From: Chloroflexota bacterium
GTDB taxonomy: Bacteria > Chloroflexota > UBA11872
NCBI GenBank assembly: GCA_022820025.1
Contig: JAJEGF010000081.1
Coordinates: 48,608 to 112,607 of the forward strand
Direction: 5' to 3'
Length of the DNA stretch: 64,000 bases
The position numbers and the translations under genes were made by a program. This document shows positions 49,400 to 57,734 of the stretch, piece by piece. The notes under the pieces were generated by a model. The model searched no databases, was not told the origin of the DNA, and saw nothing but the letters and a program-made list of their open reading frames with translations. The number at the start of each line of letters is the position of its first letter. The stretch's first letter is position 1.

Positions 49400-49830
49400 C
49401 CCGACGCACATCGCGGCGGCCGGCCGCAACCTCGGCTTACGCCTGGACGGCCGCCGCGTCAAAGGCCAGCACCCGCCTGCCCAATACCTCGCCAAACAGT
49501 TGATCCACGGCCGTCGCTAACCCATCGCAACGCCATCCCCCCAGCAGCGGCCCGATCCCCGTGCGCATCTCAGATTCGGTCACCGCGGTCACGAACAACC
49601 CGCCAGTGTCCTGTCGGTCCGCTCAGGCCGGCAACGCGGGCGCCGGGCGTGCCCGCGTCAACTCCGAAGTAACGTTCGTGTCCAGGACGATCACCCGCCC
49701 TTACCTCAGTCGAACCGCGGCGCCTCCCGCATCGGCTCCCGCGGCGGAATCGCCAGATCCACGCCCCTAAGCGGCTTGAACAGCTCGTGAATCGCCGTAG
49801 CAAGATTGCGCACGGGCCGTTTCGAGCGCT
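49400..49830 (-). pseudogene. Decayed VapBC/FitAB-type toxin-antitoxin remnant
   Basis: Minus-strand 49706-49830 encodes PVRNLATAIHELFKPLRGVDLAIPPREPM, paralogous to the C-terminus of the intact RHH antitoxin at 53885..54130. DNA is about 80% identical for roughly 70 nt and then diverges. Minus-strand 49430-49560 encodes a 43-aa PIN/VapC-like fragment (…RRVLAFDAAAVQA*). Confidence 0.3.
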
Positions 49831-49962
49831 CCTCGCATGCGGCCTCGTCCGTCGAGAGCGAGGCTCTGTTTCGCCTGGGTGGCGGCCGCGGCGGCGGTGG
49901 ATTCGGTTTTGGTCGTGGAGCCGTACCGCTGCGCGGTGCCGAGTCGTCGTGGCTCTCGCGCG

Positions 49963-50460
49963 TCACCCAGCCGGCACGCTGTACTCCGCCCGTACGACTT
50001 CGATGGCCCGGTCGTGACATGCGTTGTTCAGCTTGTCGTCAATGGCCACGGGCACTTCCGGCCCTGACATCGTTCGCATTTCCAGCATTCGAGCCTTGAT
50101 CTCCACCTCGGGGTCGTACTGGTGCCACCACAGGAACTTCCACTCGTCGCTGATTGCCTTGAAATGCTGCTTCGCGCCTTCGGCTTTGGCCGACTTCATT
50201 GAGGGATCGACGGTTATCAGCGCCAGCGCAAGCAGCGATGCCAGCATGGCCAGCACCGCGCTCACCCACGGCGGCAACACATCGATCACAAAGCTTGAGC
50301 CGGCAAAGAACGACACGGCAGCCACGGCGGAAATCAGCCACTGGTGCTGCCGCCGATATCGATCGGTCAACGCCGCGAAATACAGGTAATTGCGCTCAGC
50401 GTCGAGCCGCCCATCCCACGCTATCTGCGCAATCCCCGCCTGGGAGATTGCCTCAGCCAC
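49963..50460 (-). CDS. 2-TM membrane protein, possible SLATT-like effector
   Basis: N-terminal amphipathic helix (YLYFAALTDRYRRQHQWL), two adjacent TM helices, then an about 75-aa helical C-terminal tail. GTG start. Confidence 0.4.
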   Translation of the reverse strand: MAEAISQAGIAQIAWDGRLDAERNYLYFAALTDRYRRQHQWLISAVAAVSFFAGSSFVIDVLPPWVSAVLAMLASLLALALITVDPSMKSAKAEGAKQHFKAISDEWKFLWWHQYDPEVEIKARMLEMRTMSGPEVPVAIDDKLNNACHDRAIEVVRAEYSVPAG

Positions 50461-50521
50461 CCAAGCACTTCTGGCTGGTTGGACTCGCCCATTTTGGCCC
50501 GCGTCATAGCCAGGTCAGGTG

Positions 50522-51043
50522 TCATTGGGGCCCGCTTGCATCAAGAAACTGCCGTAGCCGCTGGTTGACTTCCTGATGCGGCAAGAAAACCTCGGGATCG
50601 TCGATCCGGCGCTCCATCGCATCGGCCAACCGCGCGGCGCCACATAAGCCAGCCGCGTACAGCCGGTCGATAGTCCACAACACTCCGTGCACGCGCCGGC
50701 CCTCCGCTTCAGCCACCTGCCGTAGGCGCTTATCGGCAGTGAGCAGCAGGCTGTTCTCGTGATGTCGCGCTGCAACGAGGCAGGCGCAGTCCGCCAGCGA
50801 GAGTGCGGCGTGCTCGGTTCTCAGCGCGAACGACTCGCGGGTCTGGTCGAGTGAGAGTTCTACAGTCGCAAACCCGGCGCTTTGCAGATAGCGCCACTCC
50901 AGGTCTGTGAGATTCAGCAGTTCAGAGCGTCGGACGATCGCCGGAACAAGGAACTGATACGGCAGCTCCAAAGTGACCGCATGCAGCTGAACCTTGTGCA
51001 GGTCGATCAGGCAGCACGCGTCGATGACGATCCGACGGATCAC
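50522..51043 (-). CDS. PIN-like domain protein (DUF4411/DUF3368-like), putative toxin or nuclease of a two-gene module
   Basis: Acidic residues in VIDACCLIDL ... LADCACLVAA ... LLTADKRL. GTGA overlap with the upstream HTH gene. Confidence 0.5.
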   Translation of the reverse strand: MIRRIVIDACCLIDLHKVQLHAVTLELPYQFLVPAIVRRSELLNLTDLEWRYLQSAGFATVELSLDQTRESFALRTEHAALSLADCACLVAARHHENSLLLTADKRLRQVAEAEGRRVHGVLWTIDRLYAAGLCGAARLADAMERRIDDPEVFLPHQEVNQRLRQFLDASGPQ

Positions 51044-52428
51044 GCCGTACGACGGCTCGCTATTTCAGGGACCGGAATCTCGGCTTCCAGTGCCGCTCGT
51101 GATTTGGACGCTTCGCGGACATCAGGGGTGGCGTAGCTGGTACGAGCCTCGATCCGACCCTGCCGATCGTGGATAACCACCTCCGACCGGCTGCCGATCG
51201 CGATTTCTCGCGCGGCGGAAATCGCGTCCGCCTGCGTTGGGTGTGTCGATGTTGGCCTTCGAACGCCGATGCTCTTGACCGCCCACCGGCCCAGATACGG
51301 GACGACGTGCTGGGTCTTTCGAGACGCCTCGCGTCCTTCCTCAAACTCTGCAGCGCTCGGGCCTCGCAATTCATCCCCGACTTCACGCAGCGAGCGCCGC
51401 AACAGCTCAGCACCTCGGAAGGGTGCGAACAGCTGCTCGCCCAGCCCGCGCCAGACTAGGTCCTCAAACCGTTGCGGCTTCTCGAAGGCGCCCAGGCCCT
51501 CGTTTTGGGCGATCGGATCTGGCTCCCGCTCGCGCCATGCCCGCAAACAGCCGCGAAACGCACGATCGAGAGCTGCCGCCGAGACAACCCCGACCTCGCG
51601 CAACCGGGTAAGCATCACCGACGCCGAGACGCCATACATAAGTTTCAGGCGGACCAGTTCGCCATAAGTAAACCCATGCCGGTTGCTCCCCGCCTGCGCT
51701 CGCAGGTGCTCTTCGGGGACTAGAAAAGCCTGAGCGAATCGGTCAATCGTCTTGTCACGCCGAAGGTGCGAGTCGGCAACTGAATGGACTGCGCGCTCCG
51801 CCAGCTCGCGGGCCAGGGTCAGGCGACGGCTTTCGATCCGGGCCCTGCTGGAGACCACGATGGCTTCGGTATCTGGCCGAGATCCAGCCAGCTTGACGGT
51901 GCAGACGAGACCATCGAAACGTGCGGGCAGGTCGACTTCGATCAACTTAATGCCCTTGGATTCCAGCAGGCCGGTCATGCTGGGGATCGGACCCGAGCCG
52001 AGATTCCAGTCCCGGCGCAGTCGGTTCGCCAGCCCCTCGGCGTCCTCCAGGCTTCGGATATGAACGGGGCCCAGACTGCCGAACGGGTCAGGCGCCGGCT
52101 CTAGGTCCAGGATGTTCTCGATGGCCAGGTAGCTCTCAAGCTGCTCGGTGATCAGAACCTCGGCGCGGGCGCGGTCCTTGGCCGACGTACCTGGGTGCCG
52201 GCGGAACTCGACCGCCTCCAGCCCCTCCACCTGGCCTCCAAATAGGAAGTCCAACGACACGTCGAGCGCCTGGCCCAGACCGACCAGCACTCGCGAACTC
52301 GGCATCATCTTGCCGGCCTCGTACTTGCTGATCGCCTGCACCGAAACCGACGGCGACATGCGCATGGCAAGCTCGCGCATGGACAATCCCGCCTTCTTCC
52401 GCGCCAACCGCAGCCGCTGCCCGAACAC
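51040..52428 (-). CDS. Three-domain protein: XRE-family HTH, degenerate ImmA/IrrE-like (COG2856) domain lacking HEXXH, and C-terminal DUF2188
   Basis: HTH: RLRLARKKAGLSMRELA...SVQAISKYEAG. Middle: TLARELAERAVH aligns to the ImmA (F/L)TLAHELGH zinc site, but His-Glu are replaced. C-terminus: HVVPYLGRWAVKSIG...EVVIHDRQGRIEARTSY, a DUF2188 signature. Confidence 0.55.
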   Translation of the reverse strand: MFGQRLRLARKKAGLSMRELAMRMSPSVSVQAISKYEAGKMMPSSRVLVGLGQALDVSLDFLFGGQVEGLEAVEFRRHPGTSAKDRARAEVLITEQLESYLAIENILDLEPAPDPFGSLGPVHIRSLEDAEGLANRLRRDWNLGSGPIPSMTGLLESKGIKLIEVDLPARFDGLVCTVKLAGSRPDTEAIVVSSRARIESRRLTLARELAERAVHSVADSHLRRDKTIDRFAQAFLVPEEHLRAQAGSNRHGFTYGELVRLKLMYGVSASVMLTRLREVGVVSAAALDRAFRGCLRAWREREPDPIAQNEGLGAFEKPQRFEDLVWRGLGEQLFAPFRGAELLRRSLREVGDELRGPSAAEFEEGREASRKTQHVVPYLGRWAVKSIGVRRPTSTHPTQADAISAAREIAIGSRSEVVIHDRQGRIEARTSYATPDVREASKSRAALEAEIPVPEIASRRTA

Positions 52429-52458
52429 CCCGTCCTCCCCCCGCCCTCAGTGGTTGAC

Positions 52459-52474
52459 GATTACTCTTGTAATC
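52459..52474. promoter_or_regulatory. Perfect palindrome GATTACTCTTGTAATC upstream of the XRE-fusion gene (candidate operator)
   Basis: Lies 31 nt upstream of the GTG start at 52428, in a locally AT-richer stretch. Confidence 0.35.
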
Positions 52475-52931
52475 CGTGGAATTCTACCAAGGGTTGATAA
52501 CTGACCGCGTCCGGCTCGATCTGATCAGGCCAGCGTTGAGTCGTAGGCCTTGGCAGATCGCCACCGCTGACCAATCAGAGCGCGGTCGGCAACACAGGCA
52601 AGAGTGCGCTTGCATGCGCCTACTGCAACGCAATCACCCCGCCCCCTCCGGGTCGTATGAAAGCCGCTCCGCCGTCATCACCGCCCACCAGTCCGGCGAC
52701 TCGATAGCCATCGCCGGTCAGCTAGTCCAAGACTTCGACCAGGACTCAAGCGGCAGCTGATCGTCCGAGGCAGACGACGCGGCCAAATCGTGAATCTAGC
52801 CATCAGCCGCAGAGTCGTTCGATCGGCATCCCCAGCCGCGAAATCAAGCACTGTCTGGGGCGGCCGGGGTGAGCCGTGAGCCCAGTGGCGATAGGAGTAT
52901 CCTGAACAGGCGTGATCGGGGAGGCGCTCGA

Positions 52932-53165
52932 ATGCCAAAGGTGCTCCAACAGAAGACAACGGTGCTGCCAGGTGGCAGGGTTGAAATTGTCAGCCCGGAG
53001 TTGCAGGAGGGCCTGACCGTGGATGTGGTGGTGCTGCATGAGCCCAAAGCAAGCGACCGCTCCGTCATGGACATTCTCAACAGTGGGCCAGAGCGCCGTC
53101 TGTTCCAGACAGCGGAAGAGGTGCGGGCCTACTTGGCGCAAGAAAAGGCATCGTGGGACCGCTGA
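52932..53165 (+). CDS. Putative antitoxin of a VapBC pair
   Basis: 77-aa protein upstream of, and overlapping, the PIN gene. ATG at 52932. Confidence 0.45.
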   Translation: MPKVLQQKTTVLPGGRVEIVSPELQEGLTVDVVVLHEPKASDRSVMDILNSGPERRLFQTAEEVRAYLAQEKASWDR

Positions 53166-53608
53166 CCCTGCCTCTCAGTGGCTTGGTCTATCTCGATGCC
53201 AGCGGCCTCATCTATACCGTGGAGCGCATAGAGCCGTACCGCACGCTGCTGGAACCCATGTGGCAGCAAGCGCAGGACGGAAACCTCACCCTCGTGAGCA
53301 GCCCCGTCCTTCTGGTCGAGGTGCTTGTAAAGCCTTTGCAAGATGGCAACACCGAGATCGAAATGCAGTACCGCGAGCTATTTGGGTCCAATGTGGTGCG
53401 ACTGCTCGACGCCGCATACTCGGTGTTTGAGGACGCCGCCCATCTACGCGCCGAGACGGGCCTGAAGACCCCCGACGCCCTCCACGCCGCGACGGCTCTG
53501 CAAGCTGACAGCACCTGCTTTGTGACGAACGACACCGACTTCCGCCGCGTCCCAGGCTTGCCTGTCGTCGTATTGGACGACCTCCTCAAAGCGGAAAGCC
53601 AAGCATGA
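53153..53608 (+). CDS. PIN-domain ribonuclease toxin (VapC-like)
   Basis: LDASGLIY ... DALHAATA ... FVTNDTDF acidic-residue pattern of PIN. Start uncertain (GTG 53153 or TTG about 53186). Confidence 0.65.
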   Translation: MGPLTLPLSGLVYLDASGLIYTVERIEPYRTLLEPMWQQAQDGNLTLVSSPVLLVEVLVKPLQDGNTEIEMQYRELFGSNVVRLLDAAYSVFEDAAHLRAETGLKTPDALHAATALQADSTCFVTNDTDFRRVPGLPVVVLDDLLKAESQA

Positions 53609-53884
53609 GTCTGGCAATGGATGGCAGAGTTGCCCTTATCCGGAGGAGGGTGCCAACGGACCAGACTGAGGACATCGTCAGTGCCTGATGCAATCATCGC
53701 GGAGTTGTGGCGAATCAAGGACGCCATGGCGTGCGAGCACGGGTACGACGTCAGAGTGATGGCCGCCTACCTTCGCGACAAGGAACAATCGCGCCGGTCG
53801 AGCCAGGCCAGCACCCGCGGCTCCGGGTTCGTGTGCATCAGTTCCGAAACGACGCTGGTGTCGAGAACGATCATGGTCGAAGCC

Positions 53885-54130
53885 TCAATCAAACTTCATC
53901 GGGTCGCGCATCGGCTCATGTGGAGGAATGTCCAGGTCCACGCCGCCTAGCGGCTTGAACATTTCGTGAATGGTCGTTCCCAGGTTGCGCACCGGCGCCG
54001 CGTCCCGGCTCAGCGCTTCCCGCAGAATCTCGCGAGCCTCCTGCTCCATCGAACGGCCATGCTCGGCCGCCCGAATTCGCAGCCGCCGCTTTAAGTCCTC
54101 GTCCAGGTTGCGCACCGTAATGCTCGCCAT
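53885..54130 (-). CDS. Ribbon-helix-helix antitoxin (FitA/VapB 'plasmid stability protein' family), apparently orphan
   Basis: MASITVRNLDEDLKRRLRIRAAEHGRSMEQEAREILREAL is the canonical N-terminus of this family. GGAGG SD. No PIN gene downstream on the same strand. Confidence 0.65.
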   Translation of the reverse strand: MASITVRNLDEDLKRRLRIRAAEHGRSMEQEAREILREALSRDAAPVRNLGTTIHEMFKPLGGVDLDIPPHEPMRDPMKFD

Positions 54131-54159
54131 GTCTCAGCCTCCGTCGGCAGTGCCGCCTT

Positions 54160-54232
54160 GCACTGCATTGACCGCAATGCACGCAACGCTGCGTAACTCG
54201 GCAATGATCGCAATGCAATCATTGCTGCAAAT
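54160..54232. promoter_or_regulatory. Array of GCAATG/CATTGC palindromes upstream of the RHH antitoxin gene (candidate operator)
   Basis: TGCATTG-accg-CAATGCA (54164-54181) and GCAATGAT-cgcaatgca-ATCATTGC (54204-54228). Confidence 0.4.
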
Positions 54233-54258
54233 CCCAGCGACCCCACAGCCTCCGACCG

Positions 54259-56217
54259 CTACGCGGCCGCCTCCGGATCGTGATAGAACCGCTCCGCCGT
54301 CAATACCGCCTCCCAGTCCGGCGGCCTGAACGCTTCTTCACCCGTTCGCCGCGCCGCCTGCACCAATTCGCCGACGTGGTGCAGCGCCGCCAGCTTGCGG
54401 TCGTGGTTGCGGTCGCGGTCCGCTCGTAGCTCGTCCAGTTCTCGGCTTGTCGCCATGTCCAGTCCTTTCAAAATCCAATCGGCGTATCGGTAGCCCTCGG
54501 CCCGGAACTTCCCGCGCGAGGCCCGCCCCGTGTTGTAATCCGCCAGCGCCTCGCGGTAGTCCCCGCCCCGATGGGCGATGTGCGACGCCATCAGGTTCGC
54601 CGCGTACTCCAGCGAGGCGAACGGGTCGAACGTCCGCCCCCGCATCGACGGATGCCAGCGCGGGATGATCTGCGCAATCCCCTCCGCCCCCGCCCGGCTC
54701 ACCGCCGTCGGGTTCCAGCCCGACTCCATCACGATCTGCCGCCGGAACACCTGCGTGTCGTAGCCCACCGCCCGCGCATATCCATCCGCGAACAGCTCCA
54801 GCGGGTTCACCCGCTCGCCCGAAACCCGAAACGTCTCCGGATCGATCCGCCCGCCCGGCGTCGCGTCCAGGTGCAGGTGATGCCCCGTGCTATTCCCCGT
54901 CGAGTCGCACAACCCCAGCGTCTCCCCCGGTTCGACGGCATCGCCCACCGCCAGGCTCGGAGGTTCGTCAAAGTGCAGGAACCGCCACAGCACCCCCTCC
55001 GCATCTCGCAACGCCACCGCGTTCCCATACGGAAACCCATCCCGCACCCCCGGATCCCGCGTACTCGGCCGCTCCGTCGACCACACCGCCGCCACCACCC
55101 CCGCCCCCGGCGCCCTCACCGGCCGCCGATACACCGACCCCACCGCCACCGCCAAATCCAGCCCCCCATGCCGGTAGCTGCCGCGGTCCACGCCGAAGAC
55201 CGAGGTGACCCGGATCGTGCCGTCCAGCGGCGACGCCAGCGCTTGCGGCACGGGCGCAGGCTCGGGTGTCGGCGTCGGCGTCGCACGCCCCATCGGCAAC
55301 GCCATCGCCGTCGTCAGGTCGCGCTCGAGCTCAGAGTGGGCCGCCGGCGCGAAGTCATGCCAGTGGCCGCCGCGCTCCTGGCCCACGAACCAGCACAGCG
55401 CCTGTGCTTGAGGAAGGGCCTCGGCCACCACGGAAGCCGCGTCCTGCAGCCAGCCCGCGTGATAGTTGACCGCGGGCCGGTGCGGCGGGTCCGTACCTCG
55501 CGCCGCCGTGTTGAATTCGGTAATCCAGACGGGCAGATGATCCAGGCCGAGCGCGGCGTGATTTTCGGCCCAGGTCTCCGCTACGTTCAGCCCGAAACGC
55601 CAGCCCCTCTCGTGGCGGGTCTGCAGGTCGTCGGCCACCGAGAGGCGCGGATTGCCGTACACGTGCACGCTCAGCACATCGGGCGGCCCCGCGATGCGCT
55701 TCCACGCATCCAGGAGCGCGTAGTCGAGATCGGCCCAGGGCGAGCCTTCCGGCGATTGCCCGGCCCTGGCGTGCAATCGGCTGGGGTGGAACGTCGCCAC
55801 CGGAATGCTGGCCAGCCGCGCGTCGGGCAGCGCCTGCTGGCACTGCGCGATGAAGGCCCGCAACGCGCCCTCGACCAGGCGCCAGCCACGCGCGCCCTCC
55901 AGCTGCGGCTCATTGCCCGGTTGCAGAATCAGCCGCCCGCCCAGGTGACGCAGCCGGCTCAACTCCCGGAGAGCGGCGTCATAGGCCGTGCGCTCAGTGT
56001 CCGTGCGTGCATACGCCTGCCCCTGCCGCCAGTCCACCCGCAGCAGGACCTCGCTCGCCGGATGCCGGGTCGCGAGCGCCTCGATCCGCGGCATGGCCTG
56101 GCTCGGGTGGTGCGGATCATCGGGGGCTACGCCCTCCAGGTAGACCAGCTCCACGAACGGGGTGCCGTCGGGATACTGCCGCTCCGGGTCCGGCCAATGC
56201 AGCCCAACGCGCATCAT
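54259..56217 (-). CDS. Three-domain cell-wall hydrolase: N-terminal glycoside-hydrolase-like domain, M23 (LytM) peptidase, C-terminal lytic transglycosylase (SLT)
   Basis: M23: GGLDLAVAVGSV...GHHLHLD. SLT: ESGWNPTAVSRAGAEGIAQIIP. N-terminal domain with WITEFN. Confidence 0.65.
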   Translation of the reverse strand: MMRVGLHWPDPERQYPDGTPFVELVYLEGVAPDDPHHPSQAMPRIEALATRHPASEVLLRVDWRQGQAYARTDTERTAYDAALRELSRLRHLGGRLILQPGNEPQLEGARGWRLVEGALRAFIAQCQQALPDARLASIPVATFHPSRLHARAGQSPEGSPWADLDYALLDAWKRIAGPPDVLSVHVYGNPRLSVADDLQTRHERGWRFGLNVAETWAENHAALGLDHLPVWITEFNTAARGTDPPHRPAVNYHAGWLQDAASVVAEALPQAQALCWFVGQERGGHWHDFAPAAHSELERDLTTAMALPMGRATPTPTPEPAPVPQALASPLDGTIRVTSVFGVDRGSYRHGGLDLAVAVGSVYRRPVRAPGAGVVAAVWSTERPSTRDPGVRDGFPYGNAVALRDAEGVLWRFLHFDEPPSLAVGDAVEPGETLGLCDSTGNSTGHHLHLDATPGGRIDPETFRVSGERVNPLELFADGYARAVGYDTQVFRRQIVMESGWNPTAVSRAGAEGIAQIIPRWHPSMRGRTFDPFASLEYAANLMASHIAHRGGDYREALADYNTGRASRGKFRAEGYRYADWILKGLDMATSRELDELRADRDRNHDRKLAALHHVGELVQAARRTGEEAFRPPDWEAVLTAERFYHDPEAAA

Positions 56218-56474
56218 CGCGGCCCCACCCCCAACGCCGCGCCCACCACCCCGGACAGCGCGGTGCCGCCTACCGTCCGGATCGGCCGCAACTCCGCGAG
56301 AAACTGCGCCTTGGTGAAATTCGACCCACCGACGTGGGCTTCGGGCGCCTTCAGGTCCTCGTGCGGTCGCCCAAGGTCAATCCCGCTGTAGCCGGAGCCG
56401 GAGCCGGAACCGCCGAGGTCGGCGCCAATAACGCTTGGGACGTGAACAGTCCCGCCAAGCAATGGAACGAGCAT
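56214..56474 (-). CDS. Small Gly-rich hypothetical protein coupled to the lysin gene
   Basis: ATG at 56474 preceded by AAAGGAG. Stop overlaps the lysin start (ATGA). Confidence 0.4.
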   Translation of the reverse strand: MLVPLLGGTVHVPSVIGADLGGSGSGSGYSGIDLGRPHEDLKAPEAHVGGSNFTKAQFLAELRPIRTVGGTALSGVVGAALGVGPR

Positions 56475-56816
56475 GTGGTCTCCTTTGGCCTCGTCGGATT
56501 CCAGCCCCCGCCGCCCTGCCGAAGACCCGAGTGTTGCCTTCCTGTGTACACCCACTGTACACTCATCGTAGACGGTTCGCAAACCTTCGGATACTCCACA
56601 TGCCCAGCCTCGCCCGCCGCCCGCTGCGTCCAGCCCGACTCGCCGCCCGCAGACCCTCGCGTCACGCGTTGGGCGTGGCCGCTCATGGCGCCCCGGAAGC
56701 CTGCCCTCAAGCGCCCAAAAGCACCCCGCCGCGCCTCAAGAGTTTTTTGGAAACGGAATTAGTCACTCCTGGCTTAGCGTGCTACAATAGGGCAGTTGAG
56801 CAGACAGGGGCGACAC

Positions 56817-57695
56817 ATGGATCTCATCCGAATCTTCCAGCGATTCCCGAGCAACGAAGCGTGCATCGCGCACCTGGAATCGGTTCGCTGGGGCGATGAG
56901 CCCGCGTGCCCGCACTGCGGCTCGAAGCACATTGGCCGCAAGTCGGACGGCATCGGCCGCTGGAATTGCCACGACTGCCACGCCAGTTTCACGGTCCTCT
57001 CGGGAACCATTTTCAGTAACACGCGAACCGATCTCCCGAAGTGGTTCTTGGCGATCTCCCTCGTATTGAACGCGAAGAAGTCCATATCGAGTCCGCAGTT
57101 GGGGCGCGACCTGGACATCCCGCAGAAGACCGCCTACCGGATGCTCATGAAAATCCGGTCGGCGATGGTGGCGGACCTGGACCTGTTCACCGGCATCGTG
57201 GAAGCCGATGAATGCTACGTCGGCGGCAAGCCGCGCAAGCGCAACCGGCGCGACGATGACGACAACTACCCGCAGGCGCCGCGTGGCCGCGCGACGCGCA
57301 AGCTCCCAATCGTGGGAGTTGTCGAGCGGGGCGGGAAGGTGGCCGCCGAACCATCCCCGCGCGTCACCACGGCGAATCTGTCGGCATTCCTGAGCCGCCA
57401 CGTGGACCGTGACGCGGCACTGCTGATTACGGACCAGTTCCCCGCCTACCGGCGCATCGGCCACACCATGCGCCACGCGACGGTTGACCACGCGGCCCGC
57501 TACGTGGACGGCGAAGTCCACGTCAACACGCTCGAAGGATTCTGGGCACTGTTGAAGCGAGCATGGTGGGGCGCGCATCACCACTACTCGAAGCGCCACG
57601 CGCACGCCTACGTGACGGAAGCCTGCTACAAGTACAACGTGCGCGAGTCCGCCAACCCGTTCAGCGCGTTCCTGCGGGATGCGGTCGCCGCCTAG
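56817..57695 (+). CDS. IS1595-family (ISXO2-like) transposase
   Basis: N-terminal FPSNEACIAHLESVRWGDEPACPHCGS zinc-ribbon and the DDE-like body typical of the family. Confidence 0.75.
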   Translation: MDLIRIFQRFPSNEACIAHLESVRWGDEPACPHCGSKHIGRKSDGIGRWNCHDCHASFTVLSGTIFSNTRTDLPKWFLAISLVLNAKKSISSPQLGRDLDIPQKTAYRMLMKIRSAMVADLDLFTGIVEADECYVGGKPRKRNRRDDDDNYPQAPRGRATRKLPIVGVVERGGKVAAEPSPRVTTANLSAFLSRHVDRDAALLITDQFPAYRRIGHTMRHATVDHAARYVDGEVHVNTLEGFWALLKRAWWGAHHHYSKRHAHAYVTEACYKYNVRESANPFSAFLRDAVAA

Positions 57696-57734
57696 CCGTA
57701 TGATGCGCGGGCGCGCCCGCAGCGAGCGTTGCCC

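Noticed and set aside
53683-53950. Short + strand ORF (IIAELWRIKDAMACEHGYDVRVMAAYLR...) convergent with the RHH antitoxin
   Set aside because: Its 3' third overlaps the C-terminus of the strongly family-like FitA-type antitoxin on the other strand. It may be real but truncated. Left unannotated pending expression data.
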